Assembly (NCBI GenBank): GCA_965140415.1
Contig: OZ223209.1
Location: forward strand, 672,001-736,000
DNA: 64,000 nucleotides
Origin: Myxococcota bacterium
GTDB lineage: Bacteria > Myxococcota_A > SURF-8
Reading direction: 5' to 3'
In this document: in pieces, positions 56,406 through 64,000 of the stretch
How positions within the stretch are numbered: the first letter of the stretch is position 1
Layout: every line of letters begins with the position of its first letter
The notes under the pieces: model-generated
The model's database searches: none
What the model saw: the letters and a program-made list of their open reading frames with translations, nothing else
Told to the model about the DNA's origin: nothing
Translations under genes and position numbers: made by a program

Positions 56406-56521
56406 ACGCGAATTCTCCTACTGCATCTATACAAGGGAATGACACCTACATTACTAGGCGTATGAGTCCCTGTCAATGTAATAGTGTGAAATACTTTACG
56501 GATAAAGTTGAGAGGCTGCTA

Positions 56522-57358
56522 CTATTGTTGTTCCGGTAGTTTGGCGGAAAAAAAAGCGCCGTCCTCGGCCAATAGCATGATGGTGTCGTGTCGGTCGTCG
56601 ATGTAAATGCCCTCGGTGGGAATGTGCGCCTGAATGAAGGGGCGCACATCCGGGTAGGCTTCGTCGGAATTCAAGACGATGCGGTTTTCGCGTAAATCCC
56701 ATTCGAAAAACCCTTCCTGTCTGGAAGACAACACGAACAGGCTGTGACGCTTGGCCGAATAGGCAAGGTCGCTGCAGCTGGCATAGGTTTTGGGTGGTTT
56801 CATTTGCAACACATTGCCGGTAGGACAGTGGCGCTCGTCCAGCTCGGCTACGAACAGTCGGGCCTGGCTGTGTTCCTTGGCAATGTACAAGCGGTTGTGC
56901 CGCGAATCGTAAGCGACTCCCTCCAGCCCGCAGTTGGCAAAGCGACAATCCGGGTTGTCGTTTTTGAACAAGGGAATTTCCAGCGGATCGCAGGCGGCGG
57001 AAATCACGTAGCCCTTTGGGTCGATTTCAAAGGCGAGCACCTGCTGGGAAAGGTTGCAGTCGGTGGAGCACTGGTTGTCGGTTTTTTCGATCACAGCGTA
57101 AAACATGTTGTCCGTGACCCAGGTGATGCCTTCGAAGTCGTAGGAGCGATAAGTGTTCAATCGATAGGGCAAGGGTTTACAGCGCAACGAATCACCATCC
57201 GCTTCGCAGCGTGCGAAAACACCCGGACGGTTGTTGATGGAGTAAATGTGGCCGTCCCGATCCATCGTGATGCCGGAAAGATCCCGCAAACAACCGGAGC
57301 AGATCAATACAAGAAGAACGGTTAGTCCGCCTAGTAGTGGCCAGAATAAACGGGTCAC
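56522..57358 (-). CDS. SdiA-regulated/YjiK-like beta-propeller lipoprotein
   Basis: Lipobox CSGC; DLSGIT, DFEGIT, N.GLEGVAYD and SDLAY repeats. Confidence 0.7.
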   Translation of the reverse strand: MTRLFWPLLGGLTVLLVLICSGCLRDLSGITMDRDGHIYSINNRPGVFARCEADGDSLRCKPLPYRLNTYRSYDFEGITWVTDNMFYAVIEKTDNQCSTDCNLSQQVLAFEIDPKGYVISAACDPLEIPLFKNDNPDCRFANCGLEGVAYDSRHNRLYIAKEHSQARLFVAELDERHCPTGNVLQMKPPKTYASCSDLAYSAKRHSLFVLSSRQEGFFEWDLRENRIVLNSDEAYPDVRPFIQAHIPTEGIYIDDRHDTIMLLAEDGAFFSAKLPEQQ

Positions 57359-58833
57359 GCCTCCTCCTTTTGGAACAGATCGACCAGGCTGGTGTCGAAC
57401 GAGGCCCGCCGTGCGCGATCCCGCGCCCAGTCGCGCAGCCGCTTGATGTCCTCCTCGTAGGTGTTGTAAATCGGCATGATCATCGCCGTGATCGCCTGTA
57501 GATCCTCCGCCGTGACGGCACGCTTTTCGGCAAACGCACGATAGAGCGCATCCACCACGACCTGCTCGATTTCCGCGCCGGTGAAGTTGCGCGCCTGCTT
57601 GACCAGATCCGCAACCGGGAAATCGTCCGGGTTCAGCTTTCGCTTGTTCATATGCAAACGCAAAATCTCGGTGCGCTCGCGCTCGTCGGGCAGATCCACA
57701 AAGAAGATCTCGTCGAAACGGCCTTTACGCAGCAGTTCCGGCGGCAGGCTTTCGATGCCGTTGGCGGTGGCCACCACGAAAACGGGACGCTGCTTTTCCT
57801 GCAACCAGGTGATGAAGTGGCCGAAAATGCGCTGAATGGACACATCGCCGCCGCCTTTACTACCGGCGAAGGCTTTCTCTATTTCGTCGATCCATACGAC
57901 TACCGGGCTTAGCGCCTCCAGCGTGCGGGTGGCGTTCCGAATTGCTTCCTCCGGCGAGCGGGAAGAGGCAAAGGCGGCTCCCAGATCCAATTGCACCAGG
58001 GGTAACTGCCAGTGCGAAGCGACCGCTTTGGCCGTCAGCGATTTTCCACAGCCTTGCACGCCCAATAGCAGTAGACCTTTGGGTTCGGGCAAACCGAATT
58101 CACGCGCCCGCTCGTCGAAAGCGGCGTCACGTTCATGCAGCCAGTCTTTCAATGCATACAAGCCGCCGATATCCGAAAGCGTCACCTGACGGTCATAATA
58201 TTGCAGCAGCCCTTCGCCTTCCACCAGTCGGCGTTTTTCTTCGATGATCACCGTGGCGTCGCCTTCGGCCAATCGCTCCGGCTCAAGCAACAGGCGGCTG
58301 AAAATCAACATGGCTTCTTCCGCCGTCAAACCGCTGGCCGCACGGGCGAACCGTTCCAAAATAGGTTTGTCCAATTCAACGTGATGCTGACCGCACATCT
58401 GCGAAAGCAGGGCCTGCAACTCGCGCACAACCGGTAGGGGCACATTGAACACCGTGAACTGCTTTTCAAGTTCCACCGGCAACACGTTCAGTGGCGCACA
58501 AATCAAAACGGTTTTCTTGTCGCGGATCAAAGCTTCGCGTTGATCCTTAAATCGGCGAATCGTAATGGGATCGTTCAGGCGTACATGAAAATCCCGCAGC
58601 AGAAACAGGCCTCCGCCGTTGTGCTCCAAAATGGCTTCCAGGGGATCTTCGGCCAGGCCGCTTAAAGCCGGACTGAAACCGCGATAGGCGCTCCAGTTCA
58701 CCAAAGGGAGCTTCAGTTTCTTGGCGGCCAGATTCAAATTGGCCGCCACGCGGTTTTCCTCGTGTGAAACGAGGTAGAAATAGGGATAACTCGCGCGGAT
58801 CTTCTGTTCCAGTTCTTCCCATATCGAAAGCAT
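57355..58833 (-). CDS. AAA+ ATPase, Ycf46-like
   Basis: EENR and degenerate N-terminal module (LRDFH); GVQGCGKS, WIDEIEK and LPPELLRKGRFDEIFFVDLP motifs. Confidence 0.9.
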   Translation of the reverse strand: MLSIWEELEQKIRASYPYFYLVSHEENRVAANLNLAAKKLKLPLVNWSAYRGFSPALSGLAEDPLEAILEHNGGGLFLLRDFHVRLNDPITIRRFKDQREALIRDKKTVLICAPLNVLPVELEKQFTVFNVPLPVVRELQALLSQMCGQHHVELDKPILERFARAASGLTAEEAMLIFSRLLLEPERLAEGDATVIIEEKRRLVEGEGLLQYYDRQVTLSDIGGLYALKDWLHERDAAFDERAREFGLPEPKGLLLLGVQGCGKSLTAKAVASHWQLPLVQLDLGAAFASSRSPEEAIRNATRTLEALSPVVVWIDEIEKAFAGSKGGGDVSIQRIFGHFITWLQEKQRPVFVVATANGIESLPPELLRKGRFDEIFFVDLPDERERTEILRLHMNKRKLNPDDFPVADLVKQARNFTGAEIEQVVVDALYRAFAEKRAVTAEDLQAITAMIMPIYNTYEEDIKRLRDWARDRARRASFDTSLVDLFQKEEA

Positions 58834-58847
58834 ATGCGCTTCTCTCC

Positions 58848-60647
58848 TTATGCCAGCACGCGCCGGATTTCGTCGTAACTGGTGGACCCGTTCGCCAGTT
58901 TTTGAATGGCGGCTTCTTTCAATGTGACCAGGCCGTCCTGCTTGGCGATTTTATACAGCTCGCGCGAATCGGCTTCCTGCTTGATCAGGCGGCGGAACTT
59001 GCCCGTCACCGCCAATACCTCGAACAGGCCGGTACGACCGTACAAGCCGGTATAGCGGCATTTCACGCAGCCGTCGCCGTACCAGCTTTTAAGGCGCTGT
59101 GTACCCTCCGGCAGTTTCAATCCCAGCGCGTGAATTTCTTCCTCGCCCAGGTAGGTTTCCATCTTGCATTCGGGACAGATCGTGCGCACCAGCCGCTGGG
59201 CGATAACCATATTCAATGTGGACGCCACCAGATAAGGCCGAATGCCCAACTCTCCCAGTCGCGCAATGGTGCTGACCGAATCGTTGGTGTGCATGGTCGA
59301 GAAAACAAGATGGCCGGTCAACGCCGCCTGCAAGGCATTTTCGGCGGTTTCCGAATCGCGGATTTCACCCACCATGATGATATCCGGGTCCTGGCGCAGA
59401 ATGTATTTCAGTGCCGAAACGAAATCCAGGTTGATGCGCCGCTGCACGGCGATCTGGTTGAAACTGTCGATCACCATTTCGATGGGATCTTCGATGGTCG
59501 TGATGTTCACATGCGGACCGGCCAGCAGTCGCAAGGTCGAATACAAGGTGGTGGTTTTACCCGAACCGGTGGGGCCCGTCACCAGCACCAGTCCGGTCGG
59601 TTGCGTCACGCCCTGTTTGTACTGCTCCAGCGACTCGGAGTTGAAGCCCAATGAGTCCAGGTCTTTCAAAAGCTGATCGGAATCGAAAATGCGCAGCACC
59701 GCTTTTTCGCCGAAGGCGGTGGGAACGGTGGAAATACGAATTTCGATTTCGCGGTTATCCATGCCCATTTTCATACGCCCATCCTGCGGGCGGCGGCGCT
59801 CGGCGATATCCAGGCGGCTCATGGCCTTGATGCGTGAGACCACCGGCGGATGGATTTTCTTGGGAATCGTGTAGATGTTCTGCAAGACGCCGTCGATGCG
59901 GAAGCGGATACGGCTGTAGTCGCGCTTGGGTTCGATGTGGATGTCGCTGGCGCGCTGCTCGAAGGCGTAGTGCAGGATGTAATCCACGGCGTTGACGATG
60001 TGCTGGTCGTTTTCCTCGATCTGATCCAGGTTCTGCAATTTGAAAAACTGTTCCAGATTCGCCAGATCCACGCCTTCCTCAATGTACTGCTCGGCGTCGC
60101 TGACGGACTTGCGGAAACCGTAGACTTCGGTGATGACGCGCAGGATATCCGCCTTGCTGGTCATGACCGGCACGACTTTCTTGTCCGTCACCCGATTGAG
60201 ATTTTCGAAAAATTCAATGTCGTAAGGGTTGGCGACAGCCACGTACAGCTCGGTTTCGTTCTCTTCAATAGGCACCGCGTAATGTCGGCGGGCGAAGGGG
60301 CGCGAGAATGCGCCGGTCACGACTTTGGCATCCAACTTCAAAGGATCGATCTTGACATAGCGCATGCCGTCTACACGCGCCAGCAGTTCGTAAATCAGAT
60401 CTTCGGTGATGACGTGGCTGTTGTCGTGGGCTAGGGGGATTTTCATGGCGGCGATCAGTTCGGGCGGCAGAATCTGAATGCGCCGATTTCCCAGTGCGTA
60501 GGATTCGCTGGCGTACTGTTTTTCCAGCCGCCGGCGCAAGTGCGGCACCTGGCGTTTCAATTCTTCCAGTTGCTCGGGTTGCATGTATCCATAGCCGACC
60601 AGTAACTCGCCTACCGAATCCACCGTAAACATCTTTCGCCCAACCAT
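58848..60647 (-). CDS. GspE/PilB family secretion/pilus ATPase
   Basis: ASDIHIEP, PQDGR, GPTGSGKTTTLY, LRQDPDIIMVGEIRD, TGHLVFSTMHTND; CPEC and CVKC zinc motif. Confidence 0.93.
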   Translation of the reverse strand: MVGRKMFTVDSVGELLVGYGYMQPEQLEELKRQVPHLRRRLEKQYASESYALGNRRIQILPPELIAAMKIPLAHDNSHVITEDLIYELLARVDGMRYVKIDPLKLDAKVVTGAFSRPFARRHYAVPIEENETELYVAVANPYDIEFFENLNRVTDKKVVPVMTSKADILRVITEVYGFRKSVSDAEQYIEEGVDLANLEQFFKLQNLDQIEENDQHIVNAVDYILHYAFEQRASDIHIEPKRDYSRIRFRIDGVLQNIYTIPKKIHPPVVSRIKAMSRLDIAERRRPQDGRMKMGMDNREIEIRISTVPTAFGEKAVLRIFDSDQLLKDLDSLGFNSESLEQYKQGVTQPTGLVLVTGPTGSGKTTTLYSTLRLLAGPHVNITTIEDPIEMVIDSFNQIAVQRRINLDFVSALKYILRQDPDIIMVGEIRDSETAENALQAALTGHLVFSTMHTNDSVSTIARLGELGIRPYLVASTLNMVIAQRLVRTICPECKMETYLGEEEIHALGLKLPEGTQRLKSWYGDGCVKCRYTGLYGRTGLFEVLAVTGKFRRLIKQEADSRELYKIAKQDGLVTLKEAAIQKLANGSTSYDEIRRVLA

Positions 60648-60820
60648 TGCTTTTCCTTTGCCGGAGCGGTGCTGGCAGTGTGTTTTGCTGCTGCCAGTCC
60701 ATCTGCCACAAGCTCTATAAACGCCTGCTAACCATGCGTAATCCGGTATTTTATCAGAGTTGTGGGTGGCTGTCTAATTTCAGAGCGAAGAATCCGGCGA
60801 ATAAGCGAGCAATACGTTTC

Positions 60821-63800
60821 TTATTCCAGCACTTCGCGCAGCTTCTTGGCCAGGTTTTGCAGCGAATACGGTTTTCCGATGAAGTTGAGTCCTTCTTCGA
60901 TCACGCCATGATGCGCGATGGTGTTTTCCGTATAGCCGGAGGAATATAGAATCTTGATGTCAGGATAGAAGGTAACCAGTTTTTCCGCCAATTGGCGACC
61001 ATTCATGCCCGGCATCACGACATCCGTCATCAGCAGGTCAATCGGTCCATCGAATTGTTGCACCAATTTTAGCGCGCTCTCACCGTTGGCAGCTTTCAAC
61101 ACGCGATAGCCCAGGCGAGTGAGAATTCGGATTGCCAGATCGCGAACGACTTTTTCATCCTCCACCAGCAGAATGGTTTCTTTTCCTCCCTGCATTTTGG
61201 TGGAAACTTGGTTGCCGTTCAATCTTGTCGTCTGTTCCTCGACAATCGGCAGATAAATTTTAAACGCCGTTCCTTTTCCGACTTCCGAATAGACTTCAAT
61301 GTTTCCCCCTGCCTGCTTGACGGTGCCGTAAATCGTGGCTAATCCCAGCCCGGTTCCGCGTCCTTTCGGCTTCGTCGTGAAAAACGGTTCGAACAAATGT
61401 TCTTTTACTTCATCCGAAATGCCATGACCGTTGTCGCTTACCACCATCCTTACATAGTGACCTGGAACCGCATTGGTGTGAAGGCGGCAATATTCTTCAT
61501 CCAACTCAACGTTTTCCGTTTCGATCACCAATTTGCCGCCGTTTGGCATCGCATCGCGTGCATTGACGGCCAGATTCACCAAGATTTGTTCACATTGACC
61601 TGGATCGATCTTGACCACACCCAGGTGCTTCTCCTTGATCGTTTTCAACTCAACATCTTCACCGATCAGGCGAGTAAGCATTTTATTCAATGAGGAAATC
61701 AACTCGTTAAGATCAAGCCGTTTCGGTTCGATCAGTTGTTTACGGGAAAAAGCCAATAGCTGGCGAGTCAACGCCGCAGCACTTTCTGCGGCTTGATCGA
61801 TTTCACTCAGGAAGTCTGCCAAAGGATGATCTGGCGTTACATCCATCAAGGCCAGTTGAACGTTTCCGGTAATGCCGGTTAGCAGATTGTTGAAATCATG
61901 CGCCACGCCGCCGGCAAGGCGTCCGATCGCTTCCATCTTCATCGCTTGCTGAAGCTGAATTTCCAAACGGGCCTTTTCCCGTTCCGCCTGCTTATGATCG
62001 CTGATATCGATCCAATTGCAAACAACATTGGTCAAGTTGTTAGCGGAATCGAAAATGGGAAAAAGTGTCGCACTGACTTCAACAGAGGTGGCGTTTTCAA
62101 AACGAGTTCTAGGAAGATCTTCGCCATGCCAACTCAATTCAACGGTAATCGTTTCTCCTTCTGTGAAGACTCTTTTTACACGGTCCAGTAAGCCATTCTG
62201 GACAATTACCGGATCCTGAAGCACATTGTATTTGCCGACCATTTCTTCATCGGTCACATTCAATGTATTCCTAAGCACCTGGTTCGTTCGAATCACGTAA
62301 CCTTCCGAATCCGAAATCCATGTCGCAAACGGACTTTGATCGAGAATTCGATTCAGGAAGATTTCACGATTTACACGTTCCAATTCCACACGTTTTCGTT
62401 CGGTAATATCGCGAACGTTCAGCACGATGCCCTTGACGGTCGGATCGTGCAACAGGTTACATCCAACCGTTTCCAGATCGACATATCCCCCATTCTTGTG
62501 CAGGAAACGGTATTCCGCTTTGTGCACAGAACCCGGTACTTGTAGGCCGTCGGAGAAAATTTCCATGGCGTGTTGAAGGTCGTCCGGGTGAACGCCGTCG
62601 AAACATAATTTTCCTACCAGATCTTCGGGTTCATATCCCAGAATTCGAGTGACCTGGTCACTGAGATACATGTGGTTGCCGTTCTGATCTATGATTTCGA
62701 TGATGTCATTGGAATTTTGTACAAGTAAACGGAAGCGCTTTTCGCTTTCCTTCAAGGCGACTTCCGCTTGTTTGCGTTCGGTAATATCTCTTGCGAGAAA
62801 TACGGCAGACGTAACTTTCTTTCCACTCCAAACGGGAGAAACACTGACCGCGTATACTTTCGTTTCTTCTTCGATGCCGCCTGCTTCCGTTTCATATCGG
62901 CTTGTTTTTCCATCTTTGAACACGCGAGCAAGCGCCTTTTCAACATACGAACGTTGCTCTGGAGGCACGTAATCAAAAACGCTTGACGACAGCACGTCTT
63001 CCTGGCTGCTACCACTTTCAACACGATTGATGTAGTTGATGCTTCCCTGCTCGTCACACTGGATAATCGTTTCGGCAATGTTTTCGGTAATGGCTTTGAG
63101 CTTGGAATGCATTTCATTGCGCGCCTGCTCGTCCTGTTTTGCTTGCGTAATGTCAATAATCATCGGTAGGAAATACAGCGGTTTTCCACTGGGATCTTTT
63201 ACGATTCTCAGCGAAACGCGTCCCCATACCACCGCATTATCTTTTCGGATGTATCGTTTCTCCGTTGAATATTGTTCGATGAGGCCTTCCACCAGCCGAC
63301 GTATATTCTCGATGTCCTCTCCGAGATGGTCTTTATGAGTAACTTCTTTAAAGGACAGTGTTTTCAGTTCATCTTCGGTGTATCCGAGAAAGCGGCAGAA
63401 CTCGGCGTTTACACGTTGAAACTTGAAATCGAGAGAGAGGATCGCCGCTCCGATGGGAGCCTGGTTGAAGGTGCGCTGGAATTGGGCCTGGCTTTCCTTC
63501 AATAATAATTCTGTCTGTTTGGCAGTACTGATATCTCGGGCAATCGTCAGGTAACCGTTTTCATCATGATTAAGATCAACCGTCGAGGTGGACCAGTCCA
63601 GCCATATTGTCTGATCCTGATCGGATTTGACTGCTACTTCTCCACGCCATTTTCCATTGGCAGTAAGCTGCGTTTGGATTTCATCGTACGAGATCGATTC
63701 CATACAGATTTCGACCAATTGTTGGATCGGCCCTCCAATGGCCTCTGCTGCTTGACGCCTGCACAATTCTTCCGCTGCTCGATTCAAGAAATGGATGTTG

Positions 63801-63880
63801 AAATCCATATCCGAAACGATAACCGCGTCTGGGATTTCGTTGAACAATTCGAATCGGTTTGTCTCTTCGATCCTATTCAT
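60821..63880 (-). CDS. Cytoplasmic multi-PAS hybrid histidine kinase with C-terminal receiver
   Basis: About 5 PAS/PAC units ending DIT/DIS; AHDFNNLL H-box; NARDAM, EPFFTTK, GTGLGL; receiver TDVVMP; start uncertain (frame open to 63997). Confidence 0.93.
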   Translation of the reverse strand: MNRIEETNRFELFNEIPDAVIVSDMDFNIHFLNRAAEELCRRQAAEAIGGPIQQLVEICMESISYDEIQTQLTANGKWRGEVAVKSDQDQTIWLDWSTSTVDLNHDENGYLTIARDISTAKQTELLLKESQAQFQRTFNQAPIGAAILSLDFKFQRVNAEFCRFLGYTEDELKTLSFKEVTHKDHLGEDIENIRRLVEGLIEQYSTEKRYIRKDNAVVWGRVSLRIVKDPSGKPLYFLPMIIDITQAKQDEQARNEMHSKLKAITENIAETIIQCDEQGSINYINRVESGSSQEDVLSSSVFDYVPPEQRSYVEKALARVFKDGKTSRYETEAGGIEEETKVYAVSVSPVWSGKKVTSAVFLARDITERKQAEVALKESEKRFRLLVQNSNDIIEIIDQNGNHMYLSDQVTRILGYEPEDLVGKLCFDGVHPDDLQHAMEIFSDGLQVPGSVHKAEYRFLHKNGGYVDLETVGCNLLHDPTVKGIVLNVRDITERKRVELERVNREIFLNRILDQSPFATWISDSEGYVIRTNQVLRNTLNVTDEEMVGKYNVLQDPVIVQNGLLDRVKRVFTEGETITVELSWHGEDLPRTRFENATSVEVSATLFPIFDSANNLTNVVCNWIDISDHKQAEREKARLEIQLQQAMKMEAIGRLAGGVAHDFNNLLTGITGNVQLALMDVTPDHPLADFLSEIDQAAESAAALTRQLLAFSRKQLIEPKRLDLNELISSLNKMLTRLIGEDVELKTIKEKHLGVVKIDPGQCEQILVNLAVNARDAMPNGGKLVIETENVELDEEYCRLHTNAVPGHYVRMVVSDNGHGISDEVKEHLFEPFFTTKPKGRGTGLGLATIYGTVKQAGGNIEVYSEVGKGTAFKIYLPIVEEQTTRLNGNQVSTKMQGGKETILLVEDEKVVRDLAIRILTRLGYRVLKAANGESALKLVQQFDGPIDLLMTDVVMPGMNGRQLAEKLVTFYPDIKILYSSGYTENTIAHHGVIEEGLNFIGKPYSLQNLAKKLREVLE

Positions 63881-64000
63881 TGTTGAATTACTTTCATTCA
63901 AATCACTTCGGGTTACTGCGTTTTGTCGTTCACGGAAGTGTATGTTCGCTCCCTGTACGGGATTTGCTCCCAAGGTTGTGATATCACCTAATTTCATCCT

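Overview
A gene-dense chromosomal window from a diderm bacterium. The MYXO-CTERM-like tails, an AgmX/GltJ-like protein and an FecR-TPR anti-sigma factor suggest Myxococcota or a related deltaproteobacterial lineage (inference). Main content: the end of a yeaH-spoVR locus; a TetR-preceded acyl-CoA degradation operon (two acyl-CoA dehydrogenases, a three-part biotin carboxylase, a hydratase and a BKACE); two GT-C-like membrane proteins; grxC; a CoA transferase; an ECF sigma/anti-sigma pair; a stand-alone fusA; lemA-htpX; a DUF1778/GNAT toxin-antitoxin pair; RNase J; an IS1380 remnant; a porin-metallophosphoesterase-lipoprotein cluster; a rhomboid protease; plsC; deoC-nupC-PNP; a large S8 protease; tamAB; several lipoproteins; GspE and Ycf46-like ATPases; and a multi-PAS hybrid kinase. 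Two observations stand out. (1) A dispersed ~185-bp non-coding element occurs as 4 full copies and 1 half copy. It has TA-ended imperfect terminal inverted repeats around a tight four-way-junction fold that shows compensatory base changes between copies. (2) A recurring acidic 'DGD' linker sits next to the membrane anchor of five unrelated surface proteins. No rRNA, tRNA or CRISPR array was seen. All calls come from reading motifs by eye; no database searches were run.
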